A stretch of DNA of 64,000 nucleotides from Octopus sinensis. Taxonomy: Eukaryota. Each line of letters begins with the position of its first letter. Positions within the stretch are counted from its first letter, which is position 1. Made by a program: the position numbers and the translations under genes. The stretch covers positions 77,376,001 through 77,440,000 of the forward strand of contig NC_043003.1 of NCBI RefSeq assembly GCF_006345805.1, written 5' to 3'. Below, piece after piece: positions 43,201 to 56,891 of the stretch. The notes below the pieces were generated by a model. The model worked only from the letters and a program-made list of their open reading frames with translations. It was not told where the DNA came from and did not search any database.

Positions 43201-46200
43201 TATAACATTCTACCATTACCATAAACAGAAACTCTGTGGCTTAAATGCTGATATTTTCAAACTGCTTTCTTATTTGATTTTTATTTTTATTACCTTTGAA
43301 ATTTGAAAATCTTTGATTCTCGAGGAAAGCAAAATTTGGAAGGAATAGTATAACCCAAGTTGTGAGTAGCAGAAACAGCAGGTGTGGAAATCTGATTCAG
43401 TATTCATGAATTACTGAAATGAATATGTGAATGTTAAGAGTGTGAAGATTTGAAATATAACAAAAAAGATGTATAAGCTGTGTTTCCTTCCTGTATAAAA
43501 CCCAGCATATTTTTTATAATTGCAATAGATTATATTTTCATAAGGTCAGTTACTGTTTAGCATGGTAAGGAGAATTAGGTAATGAAAATTAACCTGCATA
43601 TATGTAAAAAAAAAAAAAAATTAATAATGGCAAACAACTTGAAAAAAAAAGGTAAGAAAGTATTTTCACCAAATAACAGGTTTAATTATTCTAAATAAAG
43701 AAGTTTAGATGGATCTATTCAGATTGAACTGAGAAAAATATTATTTGTACAACAGCAATGAAGTGATATTTGGCATTTAGTGAAAAAATGTAGTATGTAT
43801 AGAGATGAATGGGAATTTAATGAACTGCCAATATTGACCTTTCTGCATGTTGATTCACTCTGTCATAGAAATGAAAACATTACAGCTTTGTATTGTTCAA
43901 TAAGACACAATTCCTACATGAGAATATACTATAGCAATAAAATATGTTAAAAGTTCTAGACCATGTTCAGAATACTTCTTAGGCATTCAAATGTTGTAAT
44001 ATGTCATAGTTGAAATATTCGCCAATATTGTCTGTGAATAATAAACAAAAGATTTAGTGTGATTATGTACGAGGTTATATCACAATGATTGTCATGTGAG
44101 TTGCCATTCAGAGAGACAGCAAAACTGGCAACAGGTGAAAGACTCTATTAGAGCCAAATGGCAAACTGAAAAATTACTCAACAATTTATTGTAGAAATTT
44201 AATACTAGAAGGATAAAATTTTCGTTTGAGGGACTTGGAATAATATACTTAATTTGATTGGTTGAAACAAGTTATGTGACTAGAATGCAATGCTTTATGT
44301 GATATCCAGGTTATACAGTGGCAATGAATTGTAGCCAGAATGGGCTTTGGCCAATCAAAATGTTTGTACCTGAACTATCATTTCCCACCAATAGGATTGC
44401 AGTTAACAGGTATGTAGTGACTGAACAAAACCAGTTAATATGCAGACAACTATTCACACTACACATATTTATGTATATGTGCATCCATCAAGTAGTGTGT
44501 GCTAAGGAGAGCACACTTGTAAGCATTGTCATTGTATCTGTGTGTTTGTGTGCTTATGTTTGGTTGCTTGTGTGCGCTACTGATAAAATGTAATCCAGCA
44601 CAACTTGTTGCATGGTTGGATCATTGCCAGCTAAATTAGCAATCCCACCAAGCTTGCTTGGTGAGGAGGAGGATTTTTGAAATTCAGAAGGATGAAAAAA
44701 AAAAAAAAACATGTCAAAGAGTTATTGGACCCAGGAGAGTCAACAGTCGTCCAGTATTGTGTATATCTGCTTATTTAAGGAACAAACAGGGACTGGATGT
44801 TCAGCAGGAACCCAACTATCTATTGCTTTGTTTCAATGAGTAGAAAGTCAATATCTTATAATGTTGCTGTGAGATGAGTACTTCCAAGCATGATGAAATG
44901 CATAGATCATCAGGTCATCCTACTACATTCCCATTATACCCCCAGTCATCTGAGCCACCTTGCCACTGGTCCAGGAAGTCAGAGATGAGAGAATGAGGCT
45001 AGTTGTCGAGTACAGCCTTTCCCTCACTATAATTTAAGTTCAGTTCAAATCTATATTCAAACTTCTTCAAATCACAAATGGATGGCAAATCTGCCATTAC
45101 GGTGATTGAAGTAACATGCACATCTGAAATAATGAAATGTCATCTCTTTCATAATTTCATTACATGGAAGGTGTCGTATAATCAAAAACAATCACAAATC
45201 TTTAGTCACTTAAAAGCCTTCATCCTCCATTGTCGTGGTGTATGAAAGGTGGAGTCTGGGTCACCACCAAAAATGAAGAATAAAGACATATAATAGTAAA
45301 AAAGTATCAAAACAGAAATATGAAATGATTATAGATGTAGAATATACTACAGTTATACATGTTGTTAGTAAAGGTGGGGATAAAAACATTTTTTTTTTAC
45401 ACAAATGCAATCACTGAGTTCAATCAGCAACAGCAAGCAACGGAGACAATTGGCTTCCATAGTTTTAAGCATAAAAATTGATATTAAAGAACATTTTATC
45501 ATAAAACAAGAACTGTGACCTGTTGAAAATGCGTCAACTTAAAAAAGTATACAGCTACTTTTATATGAAATGCCATTATACAGATCTGGTACTTTTAGTT
45601 GTCTAAAAATGCTTTGCATTTTTCATGAAAAATTTTGTGAGAACTGCTCCTTGTTTATCTATATATTCATGTTTCACTTCTTTTATGATGTCATCTTTGG
45701 ATTATATGTAACAGTATCTTTCCATTGCACTATTTCACTGCAAGTGTAATGATACTGATCTGTCTTGATCTAACAGTCAATCACACTGGCCCAAATTTTG
45801 ACAGTCAACTCTTATTACTAATTAATGAATTCAGAAGACAACTTCACCAGTAGATTACTGTTTATCCTAGGTATATTTTAATCAAAACTTTTTCTTACAC
45901 ATCTATATTTTACTGTTAGATATGGTTGATAATGTTTCTCAATCTATGCCTGTTCAGTTGTTAGCTATGCATGTCTCACTATAACTGAAAGCATGTAATT
46001 AGTATTGTTTCAAATTAAACAGCATAAAACAACACATTTAGTGAAGGATATAGTGATTAACACACCACCACCACCATGAACAACAACAACACCAACACCA
46101 TCGTCACAGCCACTTTCATACATAAACCATGACTTGTTCCGTCACTATAATTCTCATTAATTATTTAGGAGGAATTGGCCTTAATCAGTTCAAACCCAAA

Positions 46201-47777
46201 TTTGTTCGGGTTAGGAGTGGTCTACAACTTCAAATTGCCCGCTTATGTATTTCTAAAGTTACAAGTAATTAAATATGCCAAACAACATGACACTGAAGTA
46301 ATTAAATAAGCCAAACAGCATAGAAACATAGATGAAGGTAGGTATTTTGGACCACTGCCAATTGAGAAAATGATATGAAGAAGTGAGCGAGTCTGTTAAA
46401 TCCTGTGCAAAGAGGTAAATATAAATCTTCAGCTAAATGGCCCAGAATTGGATGAAGAGATGAAAAGATTGAATGGTTTAGGGAGAGAAGTGTTAGTCAA
46501 GTAGTATCATCAAAACCTCTTATTAAGTAGAAGGTCTAGATGATTTTTGTGGTGCTGTAGTTTTATGGAGAGCTACAGATTGGTAATGAATATGAAAACA
46601 AGAACAGCAAAATAAATACCTGAAGATTAGAAGAAAAAAATAATTGAATTTTACAGTTTTGTATTCAGAGTAAGAAAACAAACTGACTATGAATTGTGTC
46701 ACATCAGAAACATCTGTGAATCATTGACATTTGATGCAATATCAAATAGAAAAGTTGCTGTTAAACAGTTTGAAACTGCAGCATGTGGAGATTTTTAAGA
46801 AGAAAATTTTGTGAAAAGAGACAAAATTCCTTCATGGGTGGATAGATGAATTTTAAGGCTATGATTGAATAAAACCTCATGAAGGTATCCTGGTAACATT
46901 TTTAAAAAGCCATCTCTACTTGTGCAGGACCAGTGTTATGCTCATAAAACAAAGACTAGTAAAGAAAGGGTGTTGAGATCAAAGATGAAATGGCAGTGAT
47001 CTGTAGGCTTAACATGCCACTTACAACTATTGCCTTTTATGAAACTAGAATGGAATCCTTGGATGACCTAACACTAAGGGGGCATTTGGAAAGGCCAACA
47101 ATTGCTTAGATATTTAAATAGGCCTTAAAATCTTAGAATGCTATGAAACTGAAATGGTAACAGAATCTTTTTCTTCCATGTACTGTTCATATTTATATTG
47201 CTTTTAATCTTTATTTGATTGTAATTCAATTCTAATAGCTGCTGTGACATGTTGGTGTAGAATTTATGAATAAAATAGTATTATAAGCCATGCTCTATGA
47301 AGCGGGTCTTGTATTTAAAGTCAACATTTGACAGCAAGACATATGTTCTAGAATAAAATGATATTCCATATTTATAATGTTTCCTACTGTGGTGCTTAGT
47401 TTTTCTTTTGTCAGAGATTAAAAAAGTGCTGTTTAAGCCTACATTTAATCCTCTCAAGAACCTTTCTGACAAATCACAGGTGGCCATTTTATACCATATA
47501 TGTGACAGGCTAATCTGAGATTTTCTCTTTACTAATATATCAACTCTTTACTCTTTTACTTGTTTCAGTCATTTGACTGCAGCCATGCTGGAGCACCGCC
47601 TTTAGTCAAGCAAATCGACCCCAGGACTTATTCTTTGTAAGCCCAGTACTTATTCTATCAGTCCCTTTTGCCGAACTGCTAAGTTATGGGGATGCAAACA
47701 CAACAGCATCGGTTGTCAAACGATATTGGGGGGACAAACACAGACACACAAACACATACGCATATATATATATATAT

Positions 47778-48310
47778 GTGAGAAAGTGCCAATCCCTAGC
47801 AGTTGAGGGAACCCGTGGAAGAGGTAGACCCAGGAAAACCTGGGACGAGGTGGTGAAGCATGACCTTCGAACGTTAGGTCTCACCATGGAAATGACTAGA
47901 GACCGAGACCTATGGAAGTATGCTGTGCGTGAGAAGACCCGGCAAGACTAGTGAAGCCATAACCCGTGGCTCCTACCTGGGACGTAGTCAGTCCACCTGT
48001 GCATACCTTCCTTCTTGTGACACTTGTGAAGACCTGTTGAGGCAAGTGAAAATCAATCAAATCAAATCAAATCAAATCAAACCAAATCAAAATAGATGAA
48101 CATCAATGGAATTTGTATCCTTGTGGTACCAGTGCCGGTGGCACATAAAATCACCCACTACACTCTCGGAGTGGTTGACGTTAGGAAGGGCATCCAGCTG
48201 TAGAAACACTGCCAGATCTGACTGGCCTGGTGCAGCCTTCGAGCATGCCAGACCCCAGTTGAACCGTCCAACCCATGCTAGCATGGAAAGCGGACGTTAA
48301 ACGATGATGA

Positions 48311-48313
<3 letters not shown>
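47778..48313 (+). mobile_element. 5'-truncated RTE LINE: ORF2 C-terminus, 3' UTR with (CAAAT)n, and (GAT)n tail
   Basis: KCQSLAVEGTRGRGRPRKTWDEVVKHDLRTLGLTMEMTRDRDLWKYAVREKTRQD* at 47784-47951. Confidence 0.85.
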
Positions 48314-48350
<37 letters not shown>

Positions 48351-48351
<1 letters not shown>

Positions 48352-48643
48352 GAGGCACAATGGCCTAGTGGTTAGGGCAGCGGACTCGCGGTCGCAGGAT
48401 CGCAGTTTCGATTCCTAGACCGAGCGTTGTGTTTATTGAGCGAAAACACCTAAAAGCTCCACGAGGCTCCGTCAGGGGATGGTGATCCCTGCTGTACTCT
48501 TTCACCACTCTTTCTTCCACTCTTTCTTCTGTTGGCCTGCTCGCTTAGCCAGCGGGGTGGCGTCGTTCGAAGGGTAAAACAATGCGAACGCATTGTGACC
48601 AGCGATGTGTAACAACATCTGATGGTCTGGTCGGTCACGTGAT
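48351..48643 (+). mobile_element. tRNA-derived SINE, third family
   Basis: A box TGGCCTAGTGG and B box GTTTCGATTCC. CpG-rich and flanked by (TA)n. Confidence 0.8.
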
Positions 48644-48842
48644 ATATATATATATATACATGTATACACCAGGCTTCTTTCAGTTTCTGTCTACCAAATC
48701 CACTCATAAGGCTTTGGTCAACCCAAGGCTATAGTAGAAGACACTTGCTCAAGGTGCCATGCAGTGGGACTGAACCCGGAACCATGTGGTTGGTAAGCAA
48801 GCTACTTACCACACAGCCACTCCTGTACCTATAAATATGAGT

Positions 48843-48914
48843 CTCCCCGGCGGGGAATCGAACCCCAGTCTCCCGTGTGACAGGTGGGGATACTTACCAC
48901 CATTAAATATTAAA
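48843..48914 (-). pseudogene. tRNA-Asp(GTC) pseudogene or fragment
   Basis: Minus strand GTGGTAAGTATCCCCACCTGTCACACGGGAGACTGGGGTTCGATTCCCCGCCGGGGAG matches the eukaryotic tRNA-Asp 3' part, anticodon at 48879-48881. The 5' acceptor strand does not pair. Confidence 0.8.
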
Positions 48915-49443
48915 GGCAGCATTGTGGCAGAGTTATTAGTGCATGGGATAGAATATCTTGTGCAATTTGTTCTGACTCTTTGCACTCTGAATTAAAATCT
49001 TGCTGAGGTCAACTTCACCTTTCATCCTGGACCAATTTAGGGCAGTTGATTGGTAAAACTGTTAGAAGGTCAGGTGAGATACCTTGTGACATCTATTCTC
49101 TGACAGCAACCTCTTCAATATCACTGGTATTAAGTCAGCAGCATTTTACTAGCCATAAATATTGGTATTATGGAGAGGGAAGACTCACATGCATATGCAA
49201 TTGTTAGTTTTCTTCAATTTATGAATACATTTCATATTTTGTTCACATACAATTCTTTCGAAATAAAAGATGAAGCAGAGGTTGTCCTATGGTCATTTTC
49301 AAATTTTCAAAGTTTTCAAAGAGTTTAGAAGTAACCAACTTTTTTTTTTTTTTGATTTTATAACATTCAGAAGCTTCAAAGTGTCTATTTTGGCAAAAGT
49401 ATGTCTTTTCTGTTGAGAAAAATTTTAACGTTTTTATATAAAA

Positions 49444-49957
49444 CTAGCAGTATCGCCCGGCGTTGCTCGGGTTTGTAAGGGAAATAACTATATAAGCATT
49501 TTTAGAGAGTTACTTCCCTTATAGATGCCAATTCGGGCTTTCCTAGCCATTTCTGTTTTGGTGTCTTCAAGCCATGAAGTCGTTGTTCTAAAAGAACGCT
49601 GGTCTCTTTGACAACGCTTTACGACGTTGATTTCCTTACACTCCCTTCCCCAGAGCTTCACGAGGGAGGGAAGAAGGGGAAAAAGTAACACAGGTGCAGG
49701 CGTGAGTGTGGACGCCAACTCCGCCGCCATCGACACACGAAAAAATATGCATTAAAATGGAATAAAAAATGATGTTAAATTATTTTTAAAATCGTAGACT
49801 CATCGTAGACGTGCGCTAATAGCCAGACAGGCTCGATATGAATCACGACTATAAGATACCCGGTTTTGGTTAAACTGCACTGCAAAATGTGGGAGTAGTT
49901 AGGAATCTAAATCGAAGGGGACAGACACTCACACAACTACAGTTTTATATATATAGA
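49444..49957 (-). mobile_element. Non-autonomous Helitron, same family as 29473-29855
   Basis: Shares the 3' end and about 130 bp of the 5' portion with 29473-29855. TC and CTAG ends at an A|T site. Confidence 0.88.
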
Positions 49958-50370
49958 TTTACAATTTTTTGTAACCATAGAGTTGTCCGAATGTTGAAGT
50001 ATTATTTTCAGAGTTTAGGATTTCTGAAATATTTAACCTAAATTCTGATTTTCATTTACCAAAACATATTGAAATAGTTTGTTTTGCTGAAAGCACAATT
50101 AAAAAAAATTCTGTACCTGTTAGATTTTTAGCTTTTTATATATTTGAAAACTGATATTTTTTTTACCCCACCATGTCTGTTAGTATTAGTATATTAAAAT
50201 CAAGAAATTTAGAAACTCTAGAGAAATATTAACTGACTAATTAATTGCACATTTTTAAAGTTATCTGTTCCTTATGTCCAAATTCTGGTTAATAAAAATA
50301 TTTTTGCTTGTATCAAAGGTAACTGGGAAGTATGTCAATTTGACATTTTCATAAATTAAATTTTGAAGTA

Positions 50371-52606
50371 TCAGGTCATCTCATAAGTTCTGTCCAATTT
50401 TACCTGTTTTAAAATTGAATGAAATTTAATAGTATATTAGAATGTCTAATGGAATTAAAAATTACTTTTATGCATTTGTGTACATTTAAACTAATTAAAT
50501 ATTATCTTACAGAATAATAGAATTAAATTTTTTTTTATTAAAACCCTAACATGGAAGTATCCAAAGAGTATTTGAGGCACATAATGCTTTATGAGTACTA
50601 AAAAGGAAACTTTGCAGCCAAAGCAACTTGAAACATACACACAGTTTATGGGAAGGAATGCTTGAATGAAAGAACTTGCAGAAGATGGTTTGCAAAATTC
50701 AGAAGTGGAGATTTCACCCTTGAAGATGAAGATTGAACAGGACGTCCAGTTGAGTTTGATGATAAGCTCCTTGAGGCATTACTTGAAGAAAATCCTTCAT
50801 TATCAATTGAAGAATCTTTATATATATAAAAATGAGAATGTGTGTCTGTTTGTCTGTCTGTGTGTTTCCCTAAAACTTGAGAACTACACAACCAATTTCA
50901 TTCAAATTTTACACATGCCTTACTTAGGGTCCGGGGAGTGTCATCGGCAAAAAAAATGTTCACCTTCTTGCCTAGAGCGAGCCCATAGCAATATCATATC
51001 TTCTCCACTATTTCAGTATTACGTGTTAAAAGTGAAACAAAAACGTTTTTCTATTTTATGTCAGATACTTTCACTTTAACAATAAAAATAATAATAACAA
51101 TTGAATTATATGTAGTAAGTAATAATTAAAATCAAACTAAAGTATAATATAATCGTAACATAACAAAAGTAAAAATAGCAATTGGTATAAAATTGCATCA
51201 ATGACTTGAATTTGAATAAGTGGTTTCACATGAATGGGAATAAATTAAAAATAAAATTAGTGTGCAGAAATGGAATAGTCCAGATGGATAATAAAAAATT
51301 AAATTAAAGAAAAGACTATTGTCTATGAAGTATACAATGTAGAGAAAAAAGAAGATTTGAACACATGGAGGAAAGCACCTTCGAAAAGTGTCTTGGTGTG
51401 ACTATGAAAGGTATCTAATCAGAGGCAGTAAATTCGCCACAATAGAAGCAAGGTTCGAGTCAATGGAACGTGCAAGGGAGTACTCGACTCGAACTTGCAA
51501 AGTGGAAATATTTTATTTTTACCTTTATATCTGGGATGTAGGACGTCCTGGAAAAAAATAAAAAATCACCCCCCCACTCGAGAAGTAGAGGTAGGCTGGA
51601 TTGTAGCCACACTTCTATACAAGAGGGAGGACAAGATACAATTGATCGAAATTACAAGAGACGGGCTAACAATTCCAGTCTGTTATATATTTTGAGTATT
51701 GTTATCACTAGCGATATCAAGATATAACTTTATATTTTGTATTTTATGTGTAGATGTATATATATAGATGTACATGTAATATGTACACATATATACATGC
51801 ACTAGCACTATGACCTGGCAACGACGGGTCTTTAATGCTAGTTGGCAATAAAGCTTAGTTCAAACCATACAACTGTTCATTGTCACCTTCAGCAACTTGG
51901 AAAGGTTCTTAAACTTGGAAAATGAGTGCCTCATGAATTGTCCGAAAGCAACTGCAAATCCCGAGTTGACATCTGCTCTTCTCTCCATTCTCACAAACTC
52001 ATTTCACCTTTTTTGGACAGACTTGTGACTGGTGACGAAAAATGGATCGTCTATCGAAATGTTAAATGTCGTTAACAGTGGCTTGGTAAAAGGGAAGAAG
52101 CTCAACCACAACTGAGAAAGGAACTTCATGGGAAAAAAGGTTCTTCTCTCTATCTGGTGGGATTGCAAAGGAGTAATTCACTTTGAATTGTTACCACTTA
52201 ATACAACAATCAATGCTCACGTCTACTGTCAGCAATTAGAGTGTTTGAATCAAAGTTTGAAGAAAAAAAGACCCACTTTAGTGAATTGAAAAGGAGTGAT
52301 GTTTCATCAGGACAATGCACGACCCCACACTGCAAAGATCACATCACAGAAGATCGAAGAGCTTGGTTGGGAAAAAATTCCTCATCAACCTTATTCTCCT
52401 GACCTTGCTCCTTCAGACTACCATTTGTTTCATAGTTTACAGAATCATTTGGGGGACATAACTTTCGCGAGCCAGAAGGAGGTTGAAACTGACATTTCAG
52501 AGTTCTTCGCTTTGAAACCAAATGAGTTTTACATTGATGGGATTAAAAACTTGTAAATAAATGGAAGGAAGTCATAGATAATCAGGAAAAGTACATTGAT
52601 GATTAA
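50371..52606 (+). mobile_element. Mariner (DD34D) element copy 1, decayed and split by a Helitron
   Basis: TA + TIR tcaggtcatctcataag. VPHEL, TGDEKW, HQDNARPH and YSPDLAPSDY motifs, with internal stops. Right TIR not found. Confidence 0.92.
50815..51841 (+). mobile_element. Non-autonomous Helitron
   Basis: A|TCTTTATATATATAAAA 5' end, subterminal hairpin gacctggcaacgacgggtc, CTAG|T 3' end, no TSD. Confidence 0.9.
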
Positions 52607-54412
52607 ATTTTGACTGGCTCCTGTGCAGGTGGCACGTAAAAAGCATCATTTGGACGTGGCCATTGCCAGTACCACCAAACTGGCCCTCGTGCTGGTAGCA
52701 CGTAAAAGCACCCACTACACTCTTGGAGTGGTTGGCATTAGGAAGGGTATCCAGCTGTAGAAACTCTGCCAGATCAGATTGGAGTCTGGTTCACCAGACT
52801 TCAGTCAAATCGTCCAACCCATGCTAGCATGGAAAACGGACGTTAAACGATGATGATGATGATGTGAATAAATATGTTAGATAATTTTTGCTTTTTATGG
52901 TTCCCTTGGTAATTGCCTTGTTTACCTGAAGTATTGTGCTACCCTGCATACAGAATTAAAAATCATGCTGGTCACTGAGTGCTGTGTGTATTTGTGTTGG
53001 TCATCAGTTATGTTAATAACAACAACATTAATATATGCTGTGTAGCAGATGCAGAGGCTGTGTTGCTTAGAAGCTTCTTTGCAATTATTCAGTATGCTAG
53101 AAATAGCAGCAGAATACCCTCAGATCTCACCCTACCATCTTAATACAGGAAGAGAACATTGCAGAATATGATCCCTAGTATAGAAAGAGACAGGATGGTC
53201 AAAGGTGGTCTGCTTTTGACCATAGGTTTGATAAATCAGTGCTGAGCATGGACTAAACAACAAAAACAACAACAACAACAACAGCAACAACAACAACAAC
53301 AACAATAACATTAACTGTGAGCTACTGAATTCTGATATTACCAAGCTGTTGTTAAATGATATAAACATTAACAACAATAAAAGCAGATCAACACAGCCAA
53401 CAACAGCACAACTGAAACCACCACCTCTACCAACACGACTAACAATGACCCTCACAGTACACTACCTGACTGATCACATTCAACCCTGAATTTATTGGCA
53501 ATGAAAAAAAAAAACCACCCAGCTTAACCAGTAAAGCAGATGCATCATTCTTCAAAACCAAATTCTGATATAAAAAGAATTTGTAAAACTGGATTTTTGT
53601 GGCAACAGGAGAAAGATTACTTTCCACTTTCTATTTGAATATGTGATGTAGTACTAAATATTGTCCTGGCTCGGGGCGGGCGTGGGTGGGTGGGAATGCC
53701 AATACCTTTACTACAAACACAAACTCATGGCCTTGATGTTAATTGTGGATCAAGTGTGAGAACAAAGAGGTCTTCTGTACTTTTAAGTCACAAAAAATCC
53801 TTGTACATTTTATATATTGTTTTTTTTTCAGAAAGGAGTATAAAACTTTCTAGTTTATTTAACATATTAATGTTGATTAGATACCTGTTTATATCACCCT
53901 ACCAGTTCAACACTTCAAGTATTAGATCCCTGGACACATAGCTAGGAAGACAACAAACATATATATCAATCGGTAGCTTTCAGTTAACTTTTCAATATTT
54001 GATGTGTATTACCATTATACTGAAATTATAGAGAAAGTTCACACTTTCAGTTTGGTACTTAAGTTATCCATTATTTTATTTTAATGGAAATAACTATAGT
54101 TATTTTTATTGTTAACCTTATATTTAGCTTCGTGTTAAGCCTGTGATTGTTTTGCTGTAATAACCAAACTTATTTTATTGCAATAAACAATTATTTTAAT
54201 GTAACAACCACAGTTATTTTAATATAATAACAGTTATTATTTTGTAATGACAACATTTATTGTACTGTAATAACTATTGTTGTTAACCACAGTGATGTTA
54301 CTGTAATAACAGCAGTTGTTCGTAACGTGTATTTTAATTGAAAAAATGACAGATAATTAAAAAAATAATGGCAAAAAAAAAATAGTAATGTTAATTACTG
54401 CCAGTATATATA

Positions 54413-54806
54413 TACTCTTTTACTTGTTTCAGTCATTTGACTGCGGCCATGCTGGAGCACCGCCTTTAGTCGAGCAAATCGACCCCGGGACTTATTCTTT
54501 GTAAGCCCAGTACTTATTCTATCAGTCTCTATTGCCGAACCGCTAAGTGACGGGGACGTAAACACACCAGCATCGGTTGTCAAGCAATGCTAGGGGGACA
54601 AACACATACATATATATATATATGTATATACATACATATATACGACAGGCTTCTTTCAGTTTCCGTCTACCAAATCCACTCACAAGGCATTGGTCGGCCC
54701 GGGGCTATAGCAGAAGACACTTGCCCAAGATGCCATGCAGTGGGACTGAACCCAGAACCATGTGGTTGGTTAGCAAGCTACTTACCACACAGCCACTCCT
54801 GCGCCT
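54413..54806 (-). mobile_element. tRNA-derived SINE family A, full length (other copies near 1413-1765, 16005-16378, 22925-23302, 47545-47760, 48663-48830, 58356-58468, 61166-61330, 63895-64000)
   Basis: Head with A/B-box-like ggctgtgtggtaag...gggttcagtccc, central microsatellite, and tail ccagcatggccgcagtcaaatgactgaaacaag. Confidence 0.85.
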
Positions 54807-54808
54807 AC

Positions 54809-54844
<36 letters not shown>

Positions 54845-54848
54845 ATAC

Positions 54849-55167
54849 AATCAAAATAAGCAACAAGGATATCCAGAGGTAATGCAGTATGATCGTTTCA
54901 TGCAATTCCATTTAATTGAACAATGCAATCATTTCATTACATCAATTAAAATGTAGAGCAAGATTTTTTGTCTATCTCCTTATCCTCTTGGAGATTTTAG
55001 GTAAAATTATACTAATATGTCCTAATTTAATTAAATTCTATGTCTTTGTGCAGCTGAAGATTGCTCTACATTGATCTAAGGAAATGATTGCATTGTTCAA
55101 TTAACTGGAGTTACATGAAACAATCGTACTGCATTACCTCTGGATATCCTTGTTGCTTATTTTGATT
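54849..55167. mobile_element. Fold-back element with about 115-bp TIRs
   Basis: aatcaaaataagcaacaaggatatccagaggtaatgcagt... is the reverse complement of ...actgcattacctctggatatccttgttgcttattttgatt. Confidence 0.8.
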
Positions 55168-55239
55168 TTAATCACCTTATTTTGAAATTGTATGGATAAT
55201 ACTGTACTAAATTCTGGTGCTTCAACTTATGTACCATAT

Positions 55240-55294
<55 letters not shown>

Positions 55295-55297
<3 letters not shown>

Positions 55298-55590
55298 TAG
55301 AAGAAATGAGGTACTCAGAAATTCGGATGGTTTTATATTTACAGATATTTATTTCTATATTACATGTTTTTATACATCATATAACTTATATTATATATCA
55401 TATATTAGCGCTTTTGTCCATTCTGGTGGATTTTTCAAATTGCGTCCATTCTGGTGGATTTTTCAAACGGAACTAAGTGATATTGATATATGATATAAGT
55501 TATATGATGTATAAAAACATGTAATATACAAATAAATATTTGTAAATATAAAACCATCCGAATTTCTGAGTACTTCATTTCTTCTAATAT
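55295..55590. mobile_element. Fold-back element with about 110-bp TIRs and an internal 24-bp duplication
   Basis: tattagaagaaatgaggtactcagaaattcggatgg... is mirrored at right. gtccattctggtggatttttcaaa occurs twice in the spacer. Confidence 0.8.
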
Positions 55591-56703
55591 AAAATACCTG
55601 TACATCATCTCCAAACCTTCTAATATATATATATATATACTGGCAGAGATTTCCTCTCTTCTCATCCCTTTCCTGCTGTTGTTAACTTACAAAGGTTCGA
55701 GAGAAACAAAAGGACATCCATCTCATCTGTCTAGAAGGGCCTACAAAACCATAAGCACTGCCCCTTCATCCAGACTCAGCAATAAAAATGTTTTTCCTTT
55801 TTATTATTATTTTAGGAATACCGTTTACAGTTCATATAAATTTTCAGTGCATTCAAGAATAAACGATTTATTAGAAAGCTGGCCCATGTACAGAGATGTC
55901 TCCCATACTTACCACAAAAACGGAAAACAAAATTAGTTTTGATTAATGTTGACTTTTTCTCACCACACAATTAGTTATGATTAACATTTCAATAATAATT
56001 CTATTAAATATGAAAGTACGGATTTATAACTTGCTTCTCATGTGGATGGTATTTCTGAATTCTTTATTCTCTAACAAGTTCTGTTTACAAACATCAACCA
56101 ATGCATATTTACTTATTGAATTCTTTCGTTACAATTTTGGCAAGTATGACGAAGTCGATGCTTTATTGAGAACAGTACTGGCAACTCGGGCAGTCGCCCG
56201 GGACGCCATGTGCTTTTTAGTCGACATTTTCAGCTTTTCTATTTGAGAAAGTTTTAAAATATTATACTTGTAAGGGCGCCGAAGCTCAGCTTGCCTGAGG
56301 CGCCAGCAACCCTAAAGCCAGTCCTGACTAAGATAATAAAAATTAAAAAACATCTTCAGTTGTCTCCCTTATTCATTGCAAAAAAATTATATCAGAACTG
56401 AAACATGTCCATCGTTCTTTGTCAGCAATCCGAAGATCAGGCTATCCTTTCTTAATTATGTAAATTGCCTTAAGAAACTAATTCCTAATCTATTGAAATT
56501 ATTTCCCTTCTCCTTCGAAAATTGCTAGCAGTTTCAGCTATATTGTTTTCTTTTTCTAACCGAAAGGGACAATTCAGATAAGAAAATTTTCGTGTAGGGC
56601 ATTCACCACATTAACTGATTTGACAAATGTCGTTTTTTCCCCCTCTCACTATATAAGTTTGAGTTATTTTTTAATACTCCAAACATTAAATAAGTAAACA
56701 CCC

Positions 56704-56704
56704 T

Positions 56705-56775
<71 letters not shown>

Positions 56776-56856
56776 GTCTATCTGTCAGTCTGTCTGTCTG
56801 CCTGCCTGCCTGTCTACCTGTCAGTCTGCCAGTCTATCTGTCTGTCCGTTCATCTG

Positions 56857-56891
<35 letters not shown>

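Noticed and set aside
56173-56326. Possible short MITE with CAGKACTGGC ends
   Set aside because: The TIR is only 10 bp with a mismatch, and there is no TSD.
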